Below, one piece after another: positions 35,727 to 50,684 of a stretch of 64,000 nucleotides of DNA. The position numbers and the translations under genes are program-made. The notes under the pieces are model-generated. The model saw only the letters and a list, made by a program, of their open reading frames with translations. It was not told the origin of the DNA and made no database searches. The DNA lies in assembly GCF_009914755.1 (NCBI RefSeq), contig NC_060939.1, one strand, 5' to 3'. This DNA is from the human T2T-CHM13v2.0 reference genome, Homo sapiens. The first letter of the stretch is position 1, and each line of letters begins with the position of its first letter.

Positions 35727-35812
35727 TGCCGGAGGAGACCAGAGGAGGAAGGACATTCATTATAATCTATGCCGGAGGAGACCAGAGGAGGAAGGACATT
35801 CATTATAATCTA
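35727..35812. repeat. Perfect 43-bp tandem duplication
   Basis: tgccggaggagaccagaggaggaaggacattcattataatcta x2. Confidence 0.97.
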
Positions 35813-38800
35813 CACTTATCAGCAAAAAAGCTAATAAATATGAAGTAATGGCAAATATTACATGACAATATTGGAAGATCCTCCCTTACCTTCAAATGCT
35901 TGCATTCTACTGGGAGTGTCGCCAGTGGGTAAGTGCAGTGGGCACTGCACTGGGTGAGACTCGCCCCTGCCCCCTCCCTGCTCACTGCTCGGGGGACTTC
36001 GAATGAAGAAGAGAAAAATTCTAAATAAGGGTATCTAGAAAGGCCAACTGCTCAGACATCAAAACTAGGATGAAAAAAGGGAAAAGGAGGCTTTTTGAGA
36101 GGAGAAGATGACAAGAAACAAGATGGAAGCCATTCCAAATTTTATTTTAAAAATTTATTAAATGGTTTACTTTTTTTTCGATGGGAAACACAGATCCTTT
36201 GCTAAGAGCAAGTTCTAAGAAGCTCTGGGAAAAGCCATCTTTTAAAATCAGCCAAGAAGGAGCTACCACAGGAAAAGTGTACAGTGTCATGGGCTCCTGC
36301 TCTGGAAAGGGATTCTGGAAGGCCTGCCACCCATGCTGTCTTGCAGAAGGAAACTCTCTATATCTGGCATTCTCAGAACCACATACAGCATCAATTCTAC
36401 AAAATTACCTCAGACCTCACCACTCCTTCTTCCTCTTGTGGCAAAGCAGAAAGAGAAAAAAGCACTGGCCACAGCATGACTCACTAGATTTCCATTGAAT
36501 GCCCATGGTCTACTTCCAGCCAGATAATTCCCAGTGATTCCTCCTCTCCTCACCTCCCCACCTTTTCCAGCTTTCTGGGCACCCACGGTTACTCTGCACA
36601 GAAAACTAGGGTCCCAGAGTAACCAACCTGCAGATTGGTTGGTTGGTTTTTAACCCCCATAGACATCTAAAAATGGAAGCAGAGTTGAATAAAACACAAG
36701 GGCTGTTAATAAGTACTTATTCAACTTCTATAAAGGACAAGAAACAGAGAAGCTCTGTGTCATGGTGCGTATGTTTGTATTGATCCGAAGAAACTGCCTT
36801 CCTAGCGTAACCCAAGTTTGTCTCAGTATCAAACCCATTGGTCTTTCTCTGTCTCACTGCACAGAGACACATTCCTGACTGCCCCACCTCAGAGGCTGTT
36901 TCCTCCTTTTTCTCATGGTAGTTATTTCCTAGCAGAAAAGCACTCACGGTAGAGTTCATTGATTCTCATAGTTCCAAGTATCACTCGATACTGAAGATTC
37001 CTAGCCCCAGTCTCTAATGCTCAAAGAGGACTCATTTTCCAGTCTGCTATCTATATAACAAGGTGACAGTGGTTACAATATGCAAAGGAATTAGTTATTT
37101 GATTTGTGGAGGGTGTTCTACTTACTACTGCAAGCAATCCTAGGAGAGAGGGGTTAACATTCCCATGCCATATAGGAGGAAACTGAGATCTCCCGACTAG
37201 TAAGTAGCAAAAGCCAAGATGTGAACCGAAGATTCGATGACTATGGACGCATCCAAACGTGGTTTCTTCACAGTCTCATACATGAATGACTGACTTATTG
37301 GATATTTCTACCCGTTAAGTTTAACATGACAATGGAATGACAGACTGTCTCCAAAACCCAATGTATCATTAAAAAGACATACAATTTTTATTCATGACCA
37401 CCTCCTCTTAGCATTAGAGACTAAAACACCAAAGTTATTTTTGATTTGATACGTTTTTTATATCCAATAGGTCACATATCAGTTTCTGTATCTCTCTCTC
37501 CCTCTCCCTCTCTCTCTTCCGCCCTCCCTCCCTGTCTCCCTTCCCCGTCTCTCCCTCCCTCTGCCAGGCAATTATAGTTACATATGTGAACTCATTCAAC
37601 CTTCACAACCATCCCCCCATACTATGTATTACTATCTCTATTTTACTGCTGAAAAAACTGTAAACTGCCCAAGGTTTTCTAATGGTAACTTCTGTCTTTA
37701 GTGACCACTCCTCACTATGCATTTATTCTCCCCACTCCCCTAAAAACCCACCCAGATGAGGCAAAGGGAGAGAGTAAAGAACCTGGAGGTGGGAGCAACT
37801 CAGAGCCTTTGGGAGAACCTGACCTGCCCAGATCGTCAAGGACAAGGTGGATCAATGAAAGCTGGGAAGCTTTAGCAGAGGGTGATATGGTTATCAGCAA
37901 AGCTGGAAACCAAACATGGATGTGCAGACCCTCAGCCCAGCCAGGGAAGCTGAAAAGTTCCCCACAGTGAAACAAAAACCATTTTCTGTTGCTGGGTAGG
38001 GGACAACAGAATTTGCTACTAGTGTGACTTGTCCAGAGGCACACAGCCTCTGCACACAGCCGCTGAATGCCAGGAGTTACATGGGCGGTGTGGTGGGGCA
38101 TTGTTACCACGCACTATCCTACGCTCTAGGGAGCAGAGGCTGAAAGTTGTTCTAAGACACAAACTACCGCCCTAGAATTGTGAGAATATGCAATAGGGCT
38201 CTGGGGCAACTAACCCTTCGCACCCGTTTTGCCCCTCATTTCTTCCTCTACCCCTGCTGAGAGGCAGGGGCAGGTTTGGCTGCCATGTGTGCTGGGAGAG
38301 GGGCAGCAGAGATGGTTCCTCATCAGTGTGAGGGCAGCCATTCTCTTCAGAGGGCAAAGGCATTGTTTATTGGGCTACTACTTCATGACTCTCAGGCGAG
38401 CTTCATTTTTGAGTAATTCCCTTTTGCTTCCCCCACTAAAAATGGTACCATTTTAAACAGGTGTATACTCAGCAAGGTATTGCATTTTACAGCAGCTCCT
38501 GGTGAGCGCAGCACACTGTACAAAGGGAGGAGGGCAGTGGCGGGCGTGCCAGCTACGACATGAACGTAATAATAACAATAATGAAAAGTTACTCTTATCC
38601 CTGACACTTCCTACAAATTATGACGGAGAAATTTCCATTAGATAGAGATTGAGTGCAGACACTCTCAGATCCACATTCCGTTTCTAAGGATGACGTAGTT
38701 TATTAAAAAGCAGTTGATTCATGTGCAAGTTCTGGAAAGTAGGGTACGCCCCTATCCACATAATAGCCTGGTTTGTTGCTAACATTTAAGAGGTGGAACC

Positions 38801-39229
38801 CAAACACCAGAGTCCCTCACACACAGGAAGAACTCGGCCTTGAGGCTGGGAACCTCAGATGGGTGATTCCCTGACTGATTTTTTCAAAGGTGGAACCTCA
38901 CTGACTGGTGTCTGTTTACCAGGGTGGGGACCAGGAAGAGCAAAGGTGAGTCAGCATACACAGGAAGGATTATTCTCTCCTGAAAGTCCACCTTCATTGC
39001 CCAGGAGACAGCCCCAGGGTAGGCCTGGCCCCACGCGGCAGCGGTTCTGCAAACACTTCATTAGTGTCCCAGGGAGCACTGTTCTTTGATGCATCTGGGA
39101 GAAAGGAGGAGTTACCCATATACTTGGTAACCACTATCTTCAAATGCCTTCAAATGCCCAGAAAAGGGAGACAATTAAGTGTGTTGTGTAAATACAACAA
39201 GGTCCCCCACCCCGTACAGGGCAGTGGGG

Positions 39230-40140
<911 letters not shown>

Positions 40141-41449
40141 AATAAATAGAAACATCAATATAATTGAGCATTTTCTGGGTTGCTGTTGGGCACTGACCAG
40201 GCTCTCAAAGTCAAAAGCCAGGACTGTCCTAAGACTGGATTCTATGCTAAGTCCAGGTTTGAAAGGTGATTGGAAGACGCTGTGTGGACAGTAAGATAGT
40301 ATCATGTCTGAGCCATTTAGTTGGCCCATGAGCACAACAGGACAGCAGATTTGATTTCAGAAAACCTGGGACTAGAATGCCCCCAGTGTTATAAGTAGAT
40401 CACCCTGAGAAGCAGATAAACCATATTCTTACGGTGAACAATGGACAATGGGTAACACTCTGGCCTGCAGTCAAACTGAGCTTGTTTTGTAATGGGATTT
40501 TTCTGTCTCCGTGAGTAATAACAGGAAAGGGACTACCTATTTTAATTTTAAGACATTCTGGAATTCCACCTTTTACATTTCTGCCATTTTACTGGACTGA
40601 AACATTTACTTCCACTGCAAATGATGAAAAATCAACCAAAAATATTTGTCTGTCTGCTACATACAAGGCACTGGGCTTGCAAACTGGTCTACAAACCAGC
40701 ATTGGGCTTGCACTTTATTTCAACTTTATGAAATTTAAACCCCTAATATTTTGGTGATGGGAAGATGTGTCTCTGAAGCAAGTATGTGTGTGCTGGACTT
40801 CAGTGCACAGAGTACAATATGAGGAAAAAGTGTTCCTGAAACAGTGCATGGGGGACAGGGTAGTCAGTAGCCAACAACCCACTCTCAACCCCTTACACTC
40901 CTAGATAATTGGAACATTTACTGAAACCAGAAATACGTGCCAATGCTTTTTACATAATTATCTCATTTAATTCTCACAACACTTGCAAGACACAAGTATT
41001 ATAATTTCTGCACTATTTTACAAATGGAGAAACTGAAGCTTGGGGTCATAATGTACCATGTTGCCTCTGCTTGGAGTGGGTGGAAAAGTGCACTGAGGGG
41101 GTGGCACGTGAGGCTCGGGGAAGGGAATACTCAATGAATATGGAGTATGTGCTTATTCATAAAGTTTCATCCATTTAAATATATGTGACCATACCACAGA
41201 TTCATTATTTGTGTAGCATTTTCACATACACGTGGTCTCCTTTCATCCCTGAGACCTGACACAGGGATTTCTGACTTCCTTTTCTCTGCTCTTTCTGCGA
41301 TACCAAAGCTCACTTCCAATATCATCGTTAAGTCCAAGTGTAGACACAGGCTCCAGGTCTACTGTGGGTCCAGTGATCTCTTAGTCAGTGGTGCCTGGAA
41401 TCAACCTTCCTAGAAGAGCTGGCCCCCGGTGGAGAAGTGTTCCACCACT

Positions 41450-41580
41450 AGAGCAAACATATAATGTATCATTCAGCCCGGGACACTTTTGATGCAGAAG
41501 AGAGTGTTGTTAATGATAAAGCTGGAGGAAGGCACATAAACTGGGACTGTCTCAGGCTGCTAGGTTGCATCTGTGACCAA
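41450..41580 (+). mobile_element. MER94-like hAT MITE
   Basis: catataatgtatc...cgggacacttttga...taaactgggactgtc. Confidence 0.6.
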
Positions 41581-42436
41581 CTTGATCTCAAAAAAGCCAA
41601 GGACAACTCTCAAAGACTAGCCCTCCCAGCCAAGACCCTGTGCCACTTAGCCATAGGGTGTCACACAAATCAGTCAACCTCTTGGAGCCTGTCCCCTCCT
41701 CAGCAAAAAGGGGTTCATAACACTACACTCCCCCCTGGGCCACTGGGAAGATCAAATAAGACTGACCATCAAACCACCCCCAATCCTTTTAGGGGTAGAG
41801 CTGGTTTTACATGATGACATGATCCAGTGCATGGAAGGTGCACACCAAGCCAGCAACATTGGCTGAGTGGGTTAGAAGGGGGAGGGAAAAAAAGGTTTGT
41901 TGAAAATAACAAGGGATGGTAAGGAGCCCCAATTTTGTTTTGATTGAACATATGATAGTATTTATATGCACTATCTCTGTACAAAAATACAGTTGTTAAA
42001 ATGTTGTGGTTGTTTATCTCAGTGTACTTTCTGCACTGTTTTATTTTTCTGAGTATGTATATATAAAATATACACACACAGAGCTGTTTTCATTGTGAAA
42101 AAAGTTAGATCAAATAAGATAATGGATGTGAAAGTCTTGCTAAGCAGAATGAAATATATAAATGTCTGACACTGTTTTCCATATTTTTTATTATTTCATG
42201 TCAACTCAGTCTCCAATTCTTTTTGTTTATTCCAGCTTGCAGATATAGCAAACTTTTTTTAACAATAGGCTCCCAGAAAGAAGAGACACGACAGCTTTCT
42301 TTTACTTTCTCTGCCTGAAATGTCAATCTCAAAAGGATCATTTTCTATATCAATGAACAGTTCAAAGATAAGATGTTGTAAATGAACAGTTAATGTATTC
42401 CATCAACTCTAAGATGCATTCTTTTTCACATTTTCA

Positions 42437-42760
<324 letters not shown>

Positions 42761-43287
42761 GGATGTCTTATAATCAATGATGTGTTATAGCTTAACTGGC
42801 AGTTTTTTTTTATTTTTCAATACTGTAAATAAAATAATGATGCTCCTTTTATAACCAGTAGCATCTTAGGTGTGATATATTCTGGCGCATGACATTTACT
42901 AAGGGCCAGGTACTCTTCAAATATCACTGTTTAATATCATCACAGATGAAAAAATATTATAAAAATTTTGATTACTCTGGAAGCATTGTACCAAATACTA
43001 ATCTCACGTCAGGAACTGTGTAGTGGCTTTACTGGTGAGGCTGATGATCACCCAGTTTTAGAGGCTTTGTTGCAGAAATTTTTGTAGCTGCCACCCCCTC
43101 CCCCATCCTCACCTCCAACCCACTAGAGGATGAGGACAAGGGTCCTGGATGACAAGCTGCCCAAGAGAAGCCACCCATCACCAGACCACAGCTCGCAAAG
43201 CAAGGTCTTTACGTAATTTCCTCTTCGCTTTGTAAAGACATGTTCAAGTTTGTATCTCTTTCAGCCTACAGGTTCTTTCAATATTAA

Positions 43288-43701
<414 letters not shown>

Positions 43702-43904
43702 TGACTTTTCTGACATACACCACACCATATTGCAATCTTTCCTAAACCTCAGTCATTTTCAACTATTTTAACAAGTTTCCTATAACCACATTCCACAGCA
43801 CTTGCTTCAAATTTTTCTATAAATGGTCCTTAATAATTTTGATTAAACCTACACAACAATCTTCATAAAATCCACCAGTTTGGTGTGCTAGTTTTGTTTC
43901 TTCA

Positions 43905-44110
<206 letters not shown>

Positions 44111-44686
44111 AAATATTGTAAAATACACCAGTGTGGGGTTGTACATACCGATGTTAAGGTCTACCTTGGTGCCATGTTCCACACCTGGGGACACACTGGC
44201 ATTCCCTATTGGGCCTTTTCTTGTCAATTTCAAGTCCAGCCATAGGGAATTTAAATAACTTCTGTTCGATTTCCCAAATGCATTTTACTCTGCTGTGGAA
44301 AATCTCACATGGTAAGACCAGATTTCCCTTTTAGTTTGCAGGCGAGAGTCTAGGTTGTGTTCTCACAAGTAGAACCTACCCTATGTTTGTGTTCTGAATT
44401 CCCTGCACTTTCCATCAGGGCTCCCAAGCCCCCTGCTCTGTCTAGACCTCCCACCTCAGAAAACCCTCCCAGCCACAGGTGGGACATGTCAGTAGTCCCC
44501 AGGGTCAGGGCTTGTCTTGAGGCTGAGCAGGAAATTCTCTTGGGTAACTGCTTTTTATTCTTTCTCTCTCAGGAAGTGCTTCCCGTAAGCATTACCAAAA
44601 CGGTTCTGTCCTCTTTCCCTCACAAACTCCAGGAACCCTAGAATGGTGGCTCCTATCTCTGATCCTCACCAAAAGTCCCTTTGAAG

Positions 44687-44965
44687 ACCAGGTGTGGTGG
44701 CTCATGCCTATAATCCCAGCACTTTGGGAGGCCAAGGAGGGAGGACTGCTTGAGCCCGGGAGTTAGAGGCCAGCCTGGACAACATAGCGAGACCCCATCT
44801 CTACACAAAATCAAAACATTAGCTGGACGTGGTGGCACATGCCTGTGGTCCAGGCTACTCTCGAGAGCCGGAGGCAGGAGGATCGCTTAAGCTCAGGAGG
44901 TCAAGGCTGCAGTGAGCCGTGACTGCGTTACTGCACTACAGCCTGCGTAACAGAGCAAGACAAAG
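44687..44965 (+). mobile_element. AluJ-like
   Basis: Dimer whose tail grades into a purine repeat. Confidence 0.9.
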
Positions 44966-45132
44966 AAAGAGAAGGGAAGGAAAGGGAAGGGGGAGTGGGA
45001 GAGGGAGGGGAGGGGGGAGGGGGGGAGGGGGAGGGGGGAGGGGGGAGGGGGAGGGGGGAGGGGGAGGGGGAGGGGGAGGGGGAGGGGGGAGGGGGAGGGG
45101 AAAGGGGAAAGGGGAAAGGGGAAAGGGAAAGG
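44962..45132 (+). repeat. Near-pure purine (GGGGGA)n / (GGGGAAA)n tract
   Basis: About 170 nt of G/A (a single T) with many G4-G6 runs. Confidence 0.97.
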
Positions 45133-45749
45133 CCTGGGCAGCCCAGGCTCTCTGAGATGCTCAGGGCATCCATCCTCCAGGGCACAAAAAGGGCTCTGGT
45201 TGCCCTCATCCCAGGGAGACGGGCGGTCAGAGGACAGTGGCTGCCTTCACAAGCCTGGTCTGGAACCCCTCAAGGTAGCTGCGCATGCATTTGAAGTGCA
45301 AATCTTAGCGAGGCTTCCCTGACCTGTCCTTGTCCATCTCTAACCCCTGCTTTCTCCGTTTTGAGGTTCCCACCACACCATTTTCTGTGCATACCATGCT
45401 GTGCTTTGTTTCTGTTTTTCCACAGTGTGTGTGTGAGGTGGGATCTTCAGTACCTACATTCCCACTGTCCCCCAGCTTAGGGTATTCTTCTATGAACTCC
45501 TCCCTACCTCAACCCAACTCTATGCCTACTAAACTCTCACCCAGCACAGGTCAGGCATCATCTTGCTAAGAAGCCTGCTCTAACAGCATTACCTGAGTGC
45601 CTGGCTCCCTGATTAAACTGACCCCTAGGACCAAGTCTTATTCACCATTCTGCCCCAAGACCTAGTAGAGTGCCATGATGCATGGCATGGGCAGCCCCCA
45701 AGTATTTGTTGAATGAATGAAATACATTATTATTATTCTCACGTAACAG

Positions 45750-45940
45750 CTAATTCTTATTACATACCAAGCACTGCTCTAAGCATTTTACATATAACTT
45801 ATCTAATCCTTACAACTTCACGAGGCAGGAAACTGAGTGAAGCACAGAGAAGTTAAGTAACTTGCTCAGCTCCCACAGCTGGGCTTCAAACCCAGGCAGT
45901 CTGCTTCAGATCTTTGCCCTTAAACATTGTACCTACTGCC
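45750..45940 (-). mobile_element. MIR
   Basis: gaaactgag...agaagttaagtaacttgctcag...cttcaaacccaggcagtctg. Confidence 0.75.
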
Positions 45941-46571
45941 TCTCATAATAAAGTAACAGCAGTTGGAAACAGCAATAATTCTAAAGTTCATAGTAACTGC
46001 TTTATTGCATGTTTACTATGTGTCACGTATCAACTTCTTTCATCTGCCCAATGACACCACCAAGTACTTGTATTATCCTTTTTTTTACAGAAGAAAAAGA
46101 AGTACCACGTGGTAAACAGAATACCTGGTACAAAGCCCTGCAAGCTAGGAGCTCACGGAGCAGCCTGGCTCTGCACAGCCTTGCATAATGCAGAGGAAGT
46201 TCCGTGCCCTGGAGTCAGCCTTGGGATGATGTCTGCCCCCTGCCATGTCCCCACCAGGGTGGTGCCTGGGGCATGGGAGTGCCCAATCTTTACTAGCTGG
46301 GTGAATAAATTCCAGGCTACACTGACTCACCTCACAACATGTTTGCTGTAGGTACACGGCAGCACTGTGGCAGCAGCTATCGTGGGGCAAATAGGAGTCC
46401 TGGGCCCAGAGTCTGCTCCAAGGAAGAAATAAGTTTCCAAGGCGTTCCTATTTGCCCCCAACTCAGGAGATCAAAGGGAAGAGATATTGCCCCTAAACAC
46501 AGTTCTCCTTCTCTTAACCATGTAAGTAGTCCAGTTAAGAGTAACAGATATTTGAGGTTGGATGATTACTA

Positions 46572-46902
46572 TTTTATTTTTATTTTTATTTTTTTGAGAC
46601 AGGGTCTCACTTTGTCACCCAGGCTGGAGTGCTGTGGCGCAAACATAGCTCACTGAGGCCTCAACCTCCAGGGCTCAATTAATCCTCCCTCCTCAGCTTC
46701 CCTAGTAGCCAGGGCTACAGGTGTGCACCACCATACCTGGCTGTGTTTCTCTACCAAAAAAAAAAAAATTTTTTTTTTTTTTTGTAGAGACGGGGTCCCA
46801 CTGTGTTGCCCAGGCTAGTCTCAAACTCTTGGGCTTGAGCAATCCTCCTGCCTCAGCCTCCCAAAGTGCTGGGATTATAGGTGTAAGCCACCGTGCCCAG
46901 CC
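46572..46902 (-). mobile_element. AluJ-like
   Basis: TSD ggatgatta. Confidence 0.9.
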
Positions 46903-47372
46903 TGGATGATTAACTTTTTAAACAGAATAACAGGCAATTAATCTTCACCACATCATTAGTGAGGTAAGGACATTTCAAGCTACAGAATAATATGAATCAA
47001 ATGCTTGAGATTCCTTAATATGACAAATGCTCATTTCACTTCTGCTCTGATTATATTTTAATCAAACAAGTGACAAGAGAGTCACACTGATGTTAGTCCC
47101 TGTCTTTTCAGCTGTGGCTCTGCTAGCATGTCACATACATCAAGCACTTAACAGTCCCTTAAGAGAGCTCCCACATCACCACTCTTGTTTTTAAGTGCAA
47201 AGCTCTTAGACATTCGGTAATACGATTCAGGAACGTAACTTTTCTTCCTAATCTAGCAAACTGATTAAAATCAACAGACTTGGGTACAAGCTCTACCTCT
47301 CACATGCCTCTGTGCCTTGGGCAAGGCCAGTTTCACAGAATTTTATTATTTACAGTTTTAAAGCAATCTTGC

Positions 47373-47800
47373 AAGGTGTGGCGGTTCATGTCCTTCATCT
47401 CAGTGGAGGCTGAGACAGAAAGATCACGTAAGGCCAGGAGTTTGAGAACAGCCTGGGCAACACAGCAAGACACTGTCTCTTTTTTTTTTTTTTTTTTTTT
47501 TTTTGAGACGGAGTCTGGCTCTGTCGCCCAGGCTGGAGTGCAGTGGCACAATCTTGGCTCACTATAACCTCTGCCCCCCGGCTTCACGCCATTCTCCTGC
47601 CTCAGCCCCCCGAGTGGCTGGGCTTACAGAAGGTGCCCACCGCCACGCCCAGCTAATTCTTTTTTTTGTGTGTTTTTAGTAGAGAACTCCTGATCTTGAA
47701 CTCCTGACGTCAAGTGATCCACCCACCTTGGCCTCCTCAAGTGCTGGGATTACAGGCGTGAGCCACCACGCCCGACCAGACACTGTCTTTAAAAAAAATA
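47373..47800. mobile_element. Plus-strand FLAM (47373-47478, tail at 47790) interrupted by a minus-strand Alu (47480-47777)
   Basis: TSD agacactgtct on both sides of the inner Alu. Confidence 0.88.
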
Positions 47801-47949
47801 ATAAAATCAATTAATTAATTAGCTGAAATGAATTTTAAAAATAAAAGTGAAAAAAATTTTTAAGAAAAAGAAAAGAAAAAATTAAGTCAGCCTATTAAAT
47901 GCATACCAAATTAGTGTGTGCATGTCCATTAAGATTTTTATTAATCATA

Positions 47950-48001
47950 CAGGTCGGCACAAAAGTAATTGCGGTTTTTGCCATTAATGGCACCGGCCTA
48001 A
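47950..48001. mobile_element. MADE1 (Hsmar1 MITE), internally deleted
   Basis: aggtcggcacaaaagtaattgcggtttttgccattaatggcaccggcctaa with TA flanks. Confidence 0.85.
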
Positions 48002-49711
48002 TAGATTCATAAGTCAAAAATCCTACCAGACTCTGTGTCCTAATTTGTGGTTTGAAAATGATAGTCTCTGAAGTAGTAGCTGCTCAATACCTTTTTCTAA
48101 TTCAATTACACAGCCAAGGTAATGAGGCAGGAAGACTAGCTAGAAACACCAGCAGCTGTGCATATAAATAAAGACAGGGAGGTAACTGAACAATTTCTTG
48201 TGACATAATATGAACTATCACCCTGTACCATGGAACAAAGAAACTCTAATTTAAATGCTATTCTGAGAAAAAGAACAGTATGCAAAGAGTTATCAGCAGG
48301 CTGTGGCAGAGTTGATATCAACCTGCCAAAAAGTCAGGACTTCCTATCCTTGGAAGAATCTCTCCTATACTGCTTGCAAAATACGCATTATTTATAAGTC
48401 ATGCAAAATGCTGGAGGTATGCTGACATGAGTTAACCAACTACTCACATGTTATGGTTTTCTCAGATTGCCCTATTTTTCTGAAAAATGTTTGGGGCATA
48501 TCTGAATAAGAACTCAATTTTTAAAAGTTTTATAAGGTTGATGAAATTATTTTCTCATCTCTGTCTTTTAAAAGCCAACGTGGAAACTCCACAAGAGTAT
48601 AAAGAGTTGGATTTTAAGGAGCGGTGACACAGGTAAGGTGTTGGTGTGTCATCTCTCACTTAGGGGTACTGTGTCTGGACGTGCTAAGCGGGGGAAGGGT
48701 CTGGATGTGATCAGGGATGTCTTGATGTGGGCACAGCCTTTGTTGTGGGTTTGCTATAGGGATACGGAGTCCAGGAAAACAAGCCAAGCTCAGGGGCAAG
48801 GAGCATTCCCTGAACAACCACTAGCCAACGCTGAACCAAATGCAGAAGTGAGGAATGCCTGTTTCTGGCATGGTTACTTCTGGACCCTTGGCTTGCCTGA
48901 TCTGCTCTGATCTATGGCACAGTGGCACCATGTCCCTCTTGGGGCAAAATGTAACCATAAGGGCATTGGTCTAGGGGCCTTTAGGGTATCAATGACACAT
49001 GTTTACAAACAGAGATCTCAGACCACAGCTGGTTGATGGGTGGCAGAGATGAGAGTCCCGTGGGCACATCTCAGGGAGAAGCCACAAGAGCAGCCACTAA
49101 TCCACATGGCAGATCAGTGTCGCCAAGGGTCCTGCAGGCTCAGGGCCGCTCAATGTGTGATCACAAACAAGTTCATCCTCTCACTCCCTTCCACCACCTG
49201 ACAGAGGATGCAGGGCTATCTTGCTGTTTCTTCTGATCCATACCTTGGACTTTAGGAGTGGGCTTGGGGAACTTAGAAGGGGTGGGGAAAATTAAGAACA
49301 AGCTTGATAATTCAACTAAAAGCCCTAGGATAGACATGAAGGGAGGCACTGTCTTCTAATGGGCCTGCTAGGGGCTTGTCTCTCGGAACCCACACCCAAA
49401 TCGCAAGCCCAGTTTGCAGAAGGCAAGCACTGCAGCATGCAGAGACGGGAGCCTTATCTTCTATTGATGTGTCCTTCCCGACAGACTTTCTGAGGGCTAC
49501 CTGCAGTTGCTGCCACCTCCCCAGCCCCAAGTTCAATCAGCAAGCTCTAGAATGAATTTGCAATAAAAACCAATTTGGAAGATCAGCACGGCTTCACTGA
49601 TCTTACCAGGACCCTCACTGTTGTATGCTTCTAGGGTGGCCACAAATAGGTAGATTCTGCCTTCCTTTGATCAGCTTAGATCTTTATTAAAGGTTCAACA
49701 GCAAGCCAATA

Positions 49712-50684
<973 letters not shown>

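Noticed and set aside
35445-35812. Direct repeats as a CRISPR-like array
   Set aside because: Only two copies of each, no spacer series, and a eukaryotic intronic context.
44919-45294. Gly/Glu-rich and Pro/Ser-rich ORFs
   Set aside because: Artefacts of the (GGGGGA)n repeat.
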